The translations under genes and the position numbers were made by a program. Below, piece after piece: positions 1 to 13,049 of a stretch of 64,000 nt of DNA. The stretch lies in contig CBFFRP010000119.1 of assembly GCA_965644295.1 (NCBI GenBank), forward strand, positions 62,001 through 126,000, read 5' to 3'. The first letter of the stretch is position 1. Every line of letters starts with the position of its first letter. The notes beneath the pieces are model-generated. The model did not search any database. It saw only the letters and a program-made list of their open reading frames with translations, and was not told the DNA's origin. This DNA is from Paraphysomonas bandaiensis. Taxonomy: Eukaryota; Protista; Chrysophyceae.

Positions 1-3000
1 CAGTTCCGTAATCTCCAATCGGTACAAGATTTACTAACTGCACCACATACATCAAGATGTCATGAAGCATTTGCGGGCGAAATACACACCATCTGCAGTG
101 ACTTCGTTTCCTCCTCAGTAATGTTGTCTTCGTCAACGCCGAGAGAAAGTCCAATCCTGGTGGACATCCTCCTTCTGTTGGCCACATCGGAAAGGGCGAG
201 TCTCTTCGACGATTCAGACGGTAGGTTCGGTGTCGTATTCCCTCCCTGTGTCTTATCGCCTGCACAGCAACTCTCCGTCGCTTTATCATCCTCGATCGCG
301 GTTAAACATTGACTTTCATCTTTGAGAGCTTCGCTCAGTTCTTCCTCCTCTAGGGCAATCATCTTCTCACTCATAGACAGCAAGGTTTGAGACCACAATT
401 TCTCAGCCTCAAGCCTAACATAACTTGTAAGAACAACACAAAACTGCCAGCAAACATGTACCGATAATTCAAATCACCAAAGAAAAATACTCGATCGAAC
501 TCTCGTGCCAATCTATCCCTCGTATCCACTGCCCCAGAGCGCCTCACATCATCATCTTTGTCCTTACTACCCCCTTTCGGAACTACAGGGGTTGTATTAC
601 TTTTTGCCTTCATTTCGACAGATGGGACATCGTCATTCACATAAAACTCCACTAGGGGGTTTCCTTTGAATTCAACTACTGTTGACCGCCGCTCCTGCAC
701 AACTATAACGCTGTATACACAATGCCCACGTGATATAACGAACCTGTACCCTGGTGTTACAAAAATCTAAGTCCACACTGTCAGAATCGCGTATATCTGC
801 ACTGGGAGTTTTGGATCTCGTGCTCTTTGCTTCAGTAGCTGCAACATACAGGGAGTAATGACTTGCGTTGACACATTATACATCACTCACAGGTTTTTCC
901 GAGTGATTCAACCATTAGGGCAGAGATTCGGTGAAAGTCACAGTTTCTATCTAGTACCTGGACCACACAGTAGTTTACTAACTCGACATAATGGTGGAAA
1001 TAAACACAAATAACCTTTTCTTTATTGGCAGCCAAGTGAGCACATATAAATGCAACTGATGTGTCATAGCACTTCATACTGACGCCAACGGCTCCCTGAA
1101 TACCGTTGTAAGTCTTCCAGTTTATCAGACACCACCACACCAACCTTATTGTACATAACATTGCCGATTCCACAGGGCACGAAAGCGGTGGATACATTTG
1201 ACACGCAGTCGATGACATCGTGTCGGACAAAAACGCACACATGAATTGCTCCCATTGCACGAGAGGCCGCCAGTGTAAATCTGAGGGGGAATAGTGTTAG
1301 TACTAATACTTATCAATACCGGTAAATACTCACCCTTCACCAAGGGCATTTTTAACCATTACCAGCCACACATCTACGGGTGAGAGTTGGTCCGAGGAAA
1401 AACTATGATAGCTGCAACAGATTTTATGGTACATTTATAAATGACGAACCCTTACATCACAGATTGACACTCCTGAACACCCACTGTAACAACTTGACAA
1501 CCCCTTAGTGCTCTTAAAAAACTGCAAAATCTTTAGAATTAAAGGTAAGAAATCTTTACGGATGTAACCTGATATCCTTCATCTTAGGAAGGCTTTCGGC
1601 CAAGTTCCACGTAACACATGCAACAGACAGCTGATCCCATTTCCCTGCATTTCATGAACATACATCGTTTATAAAATCACGAGTTAACCACCATTTTCTG
1701 ACTCTAAATTCTGTCGACCGCTTATTCTGTTCGTGATTGAATTTTGATGGCCAATGATATTGTCTGCCGAGTATGAACACTGTGAGCACGAAGTCAATGG
1801 GTTAGGATAACGCTCACCATGGGCCGGTGATTCTGCATGGAATCCAAGAGCAATGGTTGACTTCTGAATAAAAGACACGTTCCTGGGACAGAGTCGTACA
1901 TCCGCACGAGCAGGTGACATCACAGGGAGCTCTGCAAGTGAGTATTACGGGAATTACGGGAAAATGACAAAACAGAGGACTAGCACCGTGACAGCTATCA
2001 GATTCGCTGTGAATGATGCGCTCCATGGCCGCCTCCCAGTCGTTCCGTTCCGCCTACGCATAATATCATATCATCTCTCTCACTTACTCGAATAATACCT
2101 CTGATTCAAACTGAAGCTCCCATACTCGAGACAATGTGACAATTCGCAACTCAGTGGCCCCCACAGCATCCAATGTCGCCTGCGAATAGAAGTATTAGAA
2201 CACTCAAGTAAAAAAGATATACTGACATCAACCAAAGAAAATTGACCAAGTGCCACTGAAAACGTCGATCCTTTAAAATACAACACTCTACCATACTGTG
2301 TGACCACAAACCACCTCTTTTTGTATGCCCTGTTGCCCCCATGTGCACCACCTGATTGCAATACCAATCAATACAACTGGATAGTACGCAATACATTGTA
2401 CCCACCCCTTTTCTTGAGATATCCTGACCGAACTACAGGTTCACCACCGGATTGCACACTCTAAACGCATACTGTCAAGGAATACATCAGAATAAGAACC
2501 ACAATACGTATACCACAATAGGGTCCATCTGCGAAATGTCAGTAATATTCTCTGTTTCAGGAGATCCAAAGAAGATAGACTTCATTGACTGCGCTCGTTT
2601 ATTCAGTAAGCGTGGAGAGGGACTATTTGGTGCAATCGGCATCTTTGCTTCGTTCCAAATATTTTGAATAGCAGATACCCAATCCTCCAAGCTGGGGGGC
2701 TCGACACAATAAAACCTTACAGCCCTCTACATATATATATCGCAATAAGCGATTATTGACTTACGCATATTCAGTACCAGTATCACTCCATCTTCAACAG
2801 TACAAAAACTAAAGCCCTGGTCCTCGTCTGTATTAAATTCTGAAAACTCGAGCAAGTTTAGATGAGAGCAGGGGATTTGGTCTTTTCTCTTAGCTAAGAT
2901 GAGCATTCCATTACTCATCAGAGTCGCCCATCTCTTCTTGGTTGCAAAAAATATTCCACCCGTATGCTTCTTCAAGTATCCAGAAATCACAACTCTGAAA

Positions 3001-3090
3001 AATAATTCGAATGCTAAATATAATTACAGCTTCAGAGCATAAAACCAACCGTGTGTCAACTGACTCATTAGTGGGCACGAAAGCCGCCAT
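1..3090 (-). CDS. Multi-exon gene: two N-terminal PH domains plus inositol polyphosphate 5-phosphatase domain; 3' end runs off the window
   Basis: PH-like exons ISGYLKKHTGG..KKRWATL and SGYLKKRGG..YKKRWFVVTQYGRVLYFK; 5-phosphatase motifs VTWNLAE, VGVQEC, VAFICAHLAA, RVFFFGDLNYR; short GT-AG introns; probable ATG at 3090 (MAAFVPTNESVDTR|VVISGYL). Confidence 0.8.
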
Positions 3091-3521
3091 AGAAAGAGCC
3101 AAATGTTATAATGAGGAACTTATCGATTATTGCATTAATATTATCGTAACCTGAGATGCAGTGTGTGGAGTGTTGGTTTAGTAGATACAGCCAGACTTTA
3201 AACAGACAGCTACTGCCTGCTGTATTTGAACAAGTGTTAGAGCTGCATGTACAGAGTAGACCTGTACAATACATCAAGATACATACATTCCTACATACAG
3301 CAGTACAGCAGAGTACAAAGGAGGAGTACCTACAGCAATACTCTGTACAGAGCAGTATACGCCGTGTATTCCGTGCGTCAGTGGAGAAGAAAATGTGAAT
3401 GTTCTTTTGCTGGTGTCTGTATATCTGCACCAGATATGCTGCAGTATTTGTGTGCATTGCAGGTACAGGATATGTGACGCTAACATAGTACAGATCTTGC
3501 GACCAGGAGTTACTGATATTA

Positions 3522-5005
3522 ATGAAATACTACATTGCAAATCAATGTTTTCGCAGGAGGCTGCCTCGAACGAGCGCCTTCGCAAGATATTTCTCATCGA
3601 AAGAGCGGGTGGTTGTCCTGGGGTGCGGGTAAGTGCATTGCCCCCTCTTTCATTCAATATGGTACCACTGTGTTTATAGATGGGGAGGATTCCGCTTTGC
3701 CCAAGATATTGACAAAGATAAGTACGATGTTGTGCTGATATCCCCTAGAAACCACTTCCTGTTCACTCCGCTGCTTCCGAGCACAGCTGTCGGAACATTA
3801 GAATTTCGATGTATTCAGGAGCCGGTTCGTACTATTCCAGGGGTGCATTACATTCAAGCTTCTTGCACAGAAGTCAATATTCATGATCGCAAAGTAATTT
3901 GCAAAGAAATATTCAAGCAACGAAGTTTCACTGAAAAGTTCGACCGCCTTGTCTTTGCTGTTGGAAGCGAGACAAATACTCTGGGAGTACCTGGTGTACA
4001 GAACAATTCTCGAGTATTTTTTTTAAAACAGTTAGAACATGCTAGATCAATACGATTGAAGATGATTGAGTGTTTTGAGCGTGCGAGCACTCCTTTTATT
4101 GACCAGACTGAAAGAAAGCGCCTACTGACGTTCGTAGTAGTTGGAGGAGGCCCGACTAATGTTGAATTTGCTTCGGAATTGCATGACTTTTTGCGTAAGG
4201 ATGTTGCGAAGTGGTATCCCGATCTACATGATCATGTACGTGTGGTTGTTATTGAGGCCTCAGGTCACATTCTCGGATCCTTCAATGAATCGCTGGTGGA
4301 ATACGTGGAGAAGCTTTTTGCATCTCGTAATATAGAGGTGTTTACCAAAACGGTTGTGAAAGAAGTAAAAGAAAATGTTGCTGTGCTTGGCGACGGAAAA
4401 GAGCTTCCCTTTGGAGTAATGGTATGGAGCACTGGCATCAAGCAGATGGATCTTGTGAGGAATATGCCCGACGAGGTGTGTCGATCGCAAGGAGGACGTC
4501 TTCAGGTAGATGAGCACCTCAGGTTGCAAGGGGAAGACGGTAAAGGGGGTATCACGCCACTTGGAGAAGGGACAGTGTTCGCTATTGGAGACTGCGCTGG
4601 CGATATCTCCCGTCCACTCCCGGCTTTAGCTCAGGTATATAAATAGTTCTGTCCTAGGCGTGGTCAAATTACTCTGTCATTCAGGTTGCGTCGCAACAAG
4701 GAAAATATCTAGCACACTTTCTAAACAATCACAAGGAGGAAGCATCCAAAGATATACCTAATGCCCCCCCATTTAAGTATGCACACTTGGGTTCAATGGC
4801 TTCCGTAGGGGAGTGGAAGGGGGTCATTGATGCCTCTGACATAGATAAAAGCTCTAAGGACCCAGCTAAGCTCAAAGGGTTTCTAGCATTTGCGCTTTGG
4901 CGAGCGGCTTATTGGACAAAGCAAGTATCATTTACAAACAAGTTGCTGATTCCAATGTACTGGTTTAAGTCAGCAGTATTTGGGAGAGATATATCGAGAT
5001 TTTAA
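3522..5005 (+). CDS. Mitochondrial type II (alternative) NADH:ubiquinone oxidoreductase, 3 exons (3522-3628, 3680-4634, 4685-5005)
   Basis: Arg/Ser-rich presequence MKYYIANQCFRRRLPRTSAFARYFSSK; VVVLGCG|WGG; SPRNHFLFTPLLPSTAVGTLE; VVVGGGPTNVEF; AIGDC; LPALAQ|VASQQGKYLA; C-terminal FGRDISRF. Confidence 0.95.
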
Positions 5006-5410
5006 GTGGTTTCACTTATTCTGATCAGTGAATTTTAACTGTGTTCGGAAGGATAGTGCTGGTAGAATTATATGAAGAGTACATTACTAAAACAATTTGT
5101 ACATTATAAAAGAAAATCTTTTCGGGTCATGTAGTCATTAGTCATAATCACTACTCACGCACTATATATTCTAGACGGTTTTTAGTCTTGCATTTATAAA
5201 AGTCATTGTTCCTGAAATATCTAAAATTTTAAAACTTGAATGGTAATGAAATCCTCAATAGATCTGGGCAAGAGTGGTGTGTAGTACATAATAGATAATA
5301 GAAGTGTATCGTCTATATAGTGAGAAAAACGGAATAAAGTCACTATCCGATATCTCATCACACAATTTAGCTCACTGTATTAGTAGTACACCGTGAAAAA
5401 GCGGACATCT

Positions 5411-8400
5411 AAATAAGATTTAAGCTTATTAGTAAAACAATGTTGTGATTATTAGAGTGTAAGTAATGAACACGATAGAGTGAAAATTATGAATAACAAT
5501 ATAGAACGTACTATCATGCACAACGGAGTAGTTAGAAGTGTAACTGATAATGACGACGTTATGATGACGATCACGTATCTTCGACAGATACTCTCTCTAA
5601 TTCAGTTCATGGTATATTTCATTGAACATTGTAACTCACAGATACAATCATGTATTAAGCTGAATCCTAATACGCCCCCTCAATGAAATAATCAGTGAAC
5701 CGTAGATAATAGAGAGAATATGAACTTATGCACACTGAGAGTAAAAACCAGAGTAGCAGTCACTATCCAATAACAAGCGAACTGCAGAGATGCCATATTG
5801 TGAGACCATCCTTCTAGTCCAGCATCATGTATTGAATAAAAGTAAAAAAATGGTAAAAACTCCGTGTAACTCAAACTAGCCACCTAGGTCGCTTGTGGCT
5901 TGTTAATTGTGATTTAGGTGTCTCTGAGGTTGTTGATCGCTTCCTGTTGTTGCTGGATGGGATGTCGAACCCAGCTCCCCCCATCAATGTAGTTCGCAAT
6001 TGAAGAAAATTAGTTGCTCCTAGTGGTTTCGTGAGAAGATCGGCTAACATTGACGTGGTGGGAATATGGTCAACAGTCAATTGGTTTTCGGCAATATTTT
6101 CTCGAATGAAATGATACCGTATCGCAATATGTTTCGTACGACGATGATGAGTAGGATTGTAACATAATTGGACTGCCCCTTTATTATCGCACCAAATAGT
6201 TGTTGAGAATGGAAGTTTGAAACCAATTTCTGATAATAAAGAGCGTAGCCATAATGCTTCCTGAGCTGCTGACGATAGAGCCATATACTCAGCTTCAGTA
6301 GATGACAATGCCACAGTTGTCTGTAATCGAGATTGCCATGATATAAGACAATTACCTATGAAGAATGTAAAGGCTGTAGTGGACCGTCGAGTGAGGTGAC
6401 ACCGTGCCCAATCGCTATCGCAGTATCCTGACAATGTTATGTGGGATCCAGAATATATCAATCCTTGCTTAGCAGTGCCTTTGAGATACCTAAGAACATG
6501 TAACGCAGCATTACAGGTAGTTAGATTAGGCATATCAGAAAATCTGGCAAGAGTATTGACTGCATAGGCGATATCCGGTCGAGTGCATACAGCTAGATAC
6601 ATTAGGGAACCTATGAGCTCCTTGTAGGGGAAATTCTGAACATAACTTTGATTTGACTCTGAAAGATGATTGTATTCATGTAAATCATAGTTGAAAGACA
6701 GTAACATAGGTGTTGACATGGGTTTACTGTTAGACATGTTGAATTTGTCCAGTAACTTTCTGACGTACTGCTCCTGACTGAGAGTCGTGATATTTTTGTC
6801 AAAATCTTGATGAATGGAGATGCCCAAGTAATAGTCTAGGAGTCCGAGATCCGTAATTTCGAACTTTTTGGATAAATGGTCTTTGAATTGTTGGATATCA
6901 GTGTCGGATGTAGATGCTATAATAATATCATCCACATACATGACTATTAGCATAATCCTGCCATTAATCTGCTTTTTGAATATACACGGGTCAGATATTA
7001 GTCTGGTGAAACCCATATCTAGCATAAAATTTGTACAGCACTTATACCAGTTAAGACCTGCTTGCTTTAGACCGTAGATGCTTTTCATCAGTTTGAGGAC
7101 TTTTCCGTCAGGGACGTCCATGCCAGGAGGGGGATACATGTATATGTTCTCTTCGAGGTCAGCATTGATGTACGCAGTTGTGAAATCGATTTGGTGCAAT
7201 TTGAGTTTCATAATAGTCGAAAGGGCAATAATTGTACGTAGTGATGTAGCCTTTGCGACGGGGCTGTATGTATCATTGTAATCGATGCCTTGGATTTGAG
7301 TAAAACCCTGTGCGACTAGTCGAGCCTTGAATTTGATATCATTCTGTTTTCTTTTTATTTTGAATATGAGTTTCCCCTTTATGGCTCTTGCTCCAGGTGG
7401 TAACGCAGTGTATCTCCAGCACCCTTTCCTCTGAAGAGTGGATATTTCTCTATTGATAGCATCGATCCACTGCTGTTTATATTTACCTGAAATAGCATCT
7501 TGAACACTCTTTGGTGTATCGGTTAGCTCGTCAATGTCATCGCAATTACTGATAGCATGCATAACAATATCAATATTGTTTGTATGTAATTTTGATATAC
7601 ATTGTGTGTCATCATGTGCCATATGATTTACTACATGTTTAGCATTTACATCACATGTATATACACCATCACCTAGTTTGTGTATATTTACAATTACCCG
7701 TTTCCTGGCCATTCTCCTGCTTCGGAGAACACTCTTTCTACCAGCTAAAAATTGTTGTTTTGCTGTAGCACGGACCTTACTTGGCCCTTCAGGTGTACCC
7801 TGATTTTCCCAATCTTCCGATGAATCAGCAGACTTGTTACCGCGTTTGGCCATACGCTGGTGCACACGATCCACTTGACCGTGTGGTGCCGGATTCGGCA
7901 CTAGATTCCCATTGAATTGTTTCGGAGGGCGAGTCTTCGCTATCTTTGCATCGGAGTGGGTAGGTTTACACCGATGGCTGCTGATTCTCTCCTGCGCGGC
8001 ATCATGATGTCTGAGATTCTCGCCACTCCCCCTGGAAGTAGCGGCTGGCGCTGGAGATCCAATAACTGTATCGGGGTTTTGATCTGATTTGCTGGATTTA
8101 TGTATTGGGGTTTTCGATCGAGACGTAATACATTTGAGACCAACTGCTTTGAGTTCTATGTATTCTTCAGTGTACTTTTCGACGTCTGCAGCATGAATGG
8201 GGTCGTCGAGCTGGATGATTCGTGTAGTGTCACCGCTGTCGTCCACTAGACCACGATACGCTGCGATTAATCCTTTTCTGAGCTTTATTTGAGTCGTTAC
8301 ATATGTTAATCCATCGTCTGGATCTACATGAGCTAGACCTATGAGATATTTGAAACTTTCTACTGTCCTGGTGGTCTCATTCTCTCTGAATATCTCATTT

Positions 8401-11095
8401 ATCTCCTTAAAGTATCTCTTATCTGCTGGTGGAACACATTCGTTGAAAAATACATGTCCTGATATAACAAAGTCTCTTAATGCGGGAACAAAGACTATAT
8501 ATCCAGGACCATCCTCTCGATAGCCCATAAAATACCCAGGCCAGCTATGTCTGTCCCAGTTGTTCTTTCGGAGACTGGAATCGATATTCACAAAGCATTT
8601 ACATCCCCATATTCTGGCATAACTCAAGTCTGGTATTTCGTTTTCGATGAATTGGAGTGGGGACATGAATCCTTTAGCAGTTTTGCAAGGTAGCCTGTTC
8701 TTCATGTGTGTGGATGTCTTCATGGCTTGTTCCCAGAAATTCGTTGGAAGACCTGAATCCATCAAGCTACTAAGTGCTCGTTCTTTGATGGTTCTCCATG
8801 GTCGCTCTTGAAATGGGTTGTCCTCGGGAGTATAAGGAGCGTTAAAAGTCCATGTTGCTCCAATGTATTGGCGATATTCCAATACTTTTCGTGAGACTAG
8901 TTCCTTCCCTCCATCGGCATGGTAATGTTGTAGTCGTTTACCCCTACTGCGTAGATACGTGACGACTTTCTGAATGGATTGGATAACGAAGTTTTCATCT
9001 CTCGTTGTTCCGTAGGAGTCCCACTGGTACCTTGATGCTACATCGGCGATCCCAAGTACATATCGATTTCCGGTAATAATTGCATCGGGTGTATGTGGTC
9101 CTGAGAAATCGGCTACTATGAGCTCCCCCAGCTCCTTTGCCCTTCTCATTCTTTTCAACAACATTTGGCGGGTGGCATTCCTGTGCTTTCGTCTATGTGA
9201 TTTCCCAGTCGCACATCCATCGCATAAACCGCCAGGTAGAGAGGCAACACTCATCTCCTCTTTTGTCATCTTGACACCAGTTATTAGACGTGATTTTATT
9301 GCCTTCTGTATGAGTCCAAGTGATGCATGTGCTAGTCTCTTATGTGCTAACAGTGCGGGTTGACCTGAGGCAGTTGATGCGAGGTGAGATTCATCAGTGG
9401 GAATACCGAGGTCTGATAGTGGAATTTCGTATAGGCCTCCAACGCGCTGGCCTTTCGATAGCAATATGCCGTCTTTAAATATTTCCACTGACTGGTTTCT
9501 GAATATGATCTCATGTCCGAGGTCATCCAGTTGGCTAATAGAAATGAGGGTCCTAGACGCTTGGTCCACGTGTTTGCACTTGGGGATGATTCCAAGTCTT
9601 CCATGACCTGAGGATATCATTGTAGACCCTGATTTGGCTGTTTGAATCTCGGTGAGGCAATCAGTGTAGTCCGTAAGGTAGCTTGCTTCTGATGTAATTG
9701 ATACTGTGCACCCCGAGTCAAGAGATCCCATTCCTGCCTTTTGATCACTAACGAAGTGTGATTCATCGCTCGGTGTGTAAGCAACTCCTCCGTAATCTCG
9801 TCCTTTTTGATAGTCTGACGATGGACCACTGTCTTCATAATTTGCAAGTTGATCAGAGTGGTCGTGGAAATATTCGTTACTCTGAGTCTGGAATTTCACT
9901 CTCTTGAATTTCGGTTTTCCTCTTGTTGATGACTTGTTGTCGGAGGAGCTTTTCATCTCTTGAATCTTCTCCCAGGAGTGCTTGCATTCCGATGCAATGT
10001 GCCCCTTTCCTCCGCATCTGAAGCACTTAATGTCTTTATCGGTTCTCTTATCATGTTTCTGTTTATTGGAGCGATATTTGGAAGATGTCCCTCTTTTTCG
10101 CTTAAAATTGACTTTGCTGCGGGAAAATGGGGGTCAAGACGAGCTTCCTAATCCGCGAAGTCTGCGAATCAATACTTTATAATCATCAATTGGATGTAGC
10201 TGCAGATTAATTGCCAATTCTCGGTAAACCATGTTATCTTCTGAAACAATTCCCTGTCGTATTCGGGATATTAAGTCTTGGTCGTTGATCCGATGACCAT
10301 AATTGATAAGCTTGTTTTTGAGCTTTTCGATAGCGTCAAGAAAGTTGATTATTGACTGACCTTTTTTGATTTTTAGGCTCTGAAATTGACCAATCAGATC
10401 GGTGATTACATCATTAGTCGTTTTTTCTTTGAAGTGGGATAGCAAATCCGTCCAGGCGGTTTTTCCGTCTCCATCGGGGACGTTTTCCAAAATCCCTTCG
10501 GCCTCTTCATCCTGACCAATGACAGCGCTCGAAATGACAGACCATAGGTAGTTATTACCTTCATCATAATATCGTTTCGTTTCGTGATACTGGTCGAGTC
10601 GATATTGGTAATCTTCGTCATCTGAAATCTCTCCTTCTTCAGGTTCAGTTGGATGATCGTTTTGTAGGGTATAAACGATCTTGGGCTTTCTGTAAAACCA
10701 TGCACGGCACTTCTTCTGCCACTTGGAGAAGTTCTTCGCGTCGAACTTTGGCATTGAGTCTTTCTGTTTTTCGGTTGTTGAATCCGAGTCGGTTGAGTCG
10801 TAACTTGTAACTTTAACTGACATCTCGCTACCAAAATAAGATTTAAGCTTATTAGTAAAACAATGTTGTGATTATTAGAGTGTAAGTAATGAACACGATA
10901 GAGTGAAAATTATGAATAACAATATAGAACGTACTATCATGCACAACGGAGTAGTTAGAAGTGTAACTGATAATGACGACGTTATGATGACGATCACGTA
11001 TCTTCGACAGATACTCTCTCTAATTCAGTTCATGGTATATTTCATTGAACATTGTAACTCACAGATACAATCATGTATTAAGCTGAATCCTAATA
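5411..11095 (-). mobile_element. Copia-1: full-length Ty1/copia LTR retrotransposon
   Basis: LTRs 5411-5672 and 10834-11095 look identical by eye; TSD CATCT (5406-5410, 11096-11100); PBS TGGTAGCGAG (10833-10824); PPT ATTGAGGGGGCG before the 3' LTR; domain order gag-PR-IN-RT-RH. Confidence 0.95.
5871..10823 (-). CDS. Copia-1 gag-pol, one frame interrupted by a single TGA at 10134-10136
   Basis: Gag 10823-10137; the same frame continues through CFRCGGKGHIASEC into ORF 9956-5871 with LDSG protease, ADFSGP/HADGGKE integrase, YVDD RT and GYCDSDWA RNase H. Confidence 0.9.
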
Positions 11096-11331
11096 CATCT
11101 TTCTTTATCGGTGATCTAGAGCAACGGTAGACAAGACTCAAAGGTGCACAAGATTCTGTTCCAAAATCAATTATACGAAGAGCACAATACACAACGCTTT
11201 TCGAATAAAATAATTGAGTCGTTAGAATTTTACAGCTAATACCAAACAGTATTCACAACACATGCATCACAGCTCGCGATAAACCAAGCCGTAGCCAGAT
11301 ATCTACTACAGAATTATTACTCGACATTATT

Positions 11332-12105
11332 CTATACAGGATAGTGTGTCCAGTGGTCGTCCTCGGTCCATGCTTTCCGCAGTATACGTGGAGGTATTTC
11401 TGGCTCTGATCCATTGGTATGAGACAACCAAACTGCTGCCGTGGATTTGATGTTTCCCAGTCCAGTCCTTGTGGGCACTATCTGTCTGACAATGGTGGTA
11501 TGTCGGTAAGGGTCCTTCTCAACAGCAGGAACATCCTGCCTCCCAAACTTGCTGGGATACCACTGTGTGATGTATATTTGTCTATACTTCCTGGCAACAC
11601 GCAGCACAGGTTCTTGAGTCCGTTTCCAGGGAAAGTTTTTATCACTGCTCAACATGCCCTGGTTTTCGAGATCCTCGATAGAAAAGTGGACAGCTACTCC
11701 ACGCTCGGTCCATGTAGACTGATTGTTCCTCGCATACCTAAACAGACATAGAAGTTCAACTGCATAGTGAATAACAACTGGGCTCCACACACCTCTCAAA
11801 CACGTTCGTGGGCTTAGGATCCATGTTCAGAACATCCTTCCAGAGAGAATCGAACAGGTCCTCCTCCGACTGTATCCCACCACTCTCTTGTAGACGTCGT
11901 CTTTCCGTGAACTATTAATTAGATGTCATAATATATCACGACCATAGGATCAACGTACCTCCATGCCGTGTGAATTTTCTGCTGTTATGCCATACACAAC
12001 TCCTGTGTAAAATAAGTCTGGAAGCCTGAAATGACCATGCTTGCTTGCCGTTGTATGAAAACGAGTTCCAATAGTATCATAGTAAGGCTCCGGTAATTTA
12101 AACAT
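11332..12105 (-). CDS. Hypothetical 3-exon protein (~225 aa)
   Basis: ATG at 12105 (MFKLPEPYYD..); two GT-AG introns join in frame to FTERRRLQ..VFER and YARNNQ..THYPV*; no motif recognised. Confidence 0.55.
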
Positions 12106-12262
12106 CGTCTCTAGATTATCCAATATGTACTCACACCATCTACAAAACTAAAGGTATTTACATACCTGCATACATTGTATTGACATATATATCTGCCATT
12201 TCACTTGTCGACAGCACAGGTCTCACCATTTTCTGCATACCATTAAACATTTACATGATCAG

Positions 12263-12865
12263 TTAAATACCATATACCATCTCTTCATGCGTCATCGGGG
12301 TGCGGGTGACAGGGCGCTCACCGAAAGGGTCATTTGCAAATACTATTCCCATAACTGCAAATATAATGGCTGTCAACGGTCCCAGTATTTTAGCATCACC
12401 GCATGCCCCAATAAAATCTTCAGTAACCGATGACTTGAGCAACATAATCTCCTCTTGGCTAATCTCTGCCCCTTTATGAAGCAGAGTATCTGTTTCTTCC
12501 GCATACGCTTTGCTCTCAGCACCGACACTGGTCGATAACGACGTCATTTCAGTCTCCACCTCACCGTGAATACCTATATCACCACCCATACTCGTTGACC
12601 ACAGGCTTGATGTTGATTCTGCTGAACTTAACCTCTAACTACAGCTGATACTAACTGGGGGTGGTGGAATGAACACTTTAAAACAGCTCCCAAAACAGAG
12701 CACAAAAAATGTCGTTTTTTTGTCGATGGCAGAATCATCTTCAGTTCCGTTTGTGCACAGCACCAGCAGCAGATAGGCGCCGAGGTTAGCTAGTTTTCTG
12801 GTGGTTGAAAGCAGGAGCACCACAGCAGGATTAAATAAGTGGTTTATTACGGAGGTGATGCACAT
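12263..12865 (-). CDS. Hypothetical membrane protein, 2 exons; start uncertain
   Basis: ORFs 12635-12865 and 12263-12589 can be joined by a short intron; C-terminal hydrophobic segment ILGPLTAIIFAVMGIVF. Confidence 0.4.
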
Positions 12866-13049
12866 GTGCTGTGTATGGGCTGCGATATAGCTCCACCACT
12901 TCTGCTATTGATTATCATTATAATCTACCTTCACCATAGTATAGGTGTCATAGGTATTTGTTTTGGGACACACGCGTATTGAATCCCATCACAGGGGTGG
13001 GCTATTTCCAATTGAATAAAATAGCAGTCTCATTTTAGTGGCAACACAA

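Noticed and set aside
3068-3479. Short ORFs in promoter-like spacers (also 15518-15972, 26851-27301, 52755-53259)
   Set aside because: Cys/Tyr/Thr-biased translations of low-complexity DNA, overlapping on both strands, with no motifs.
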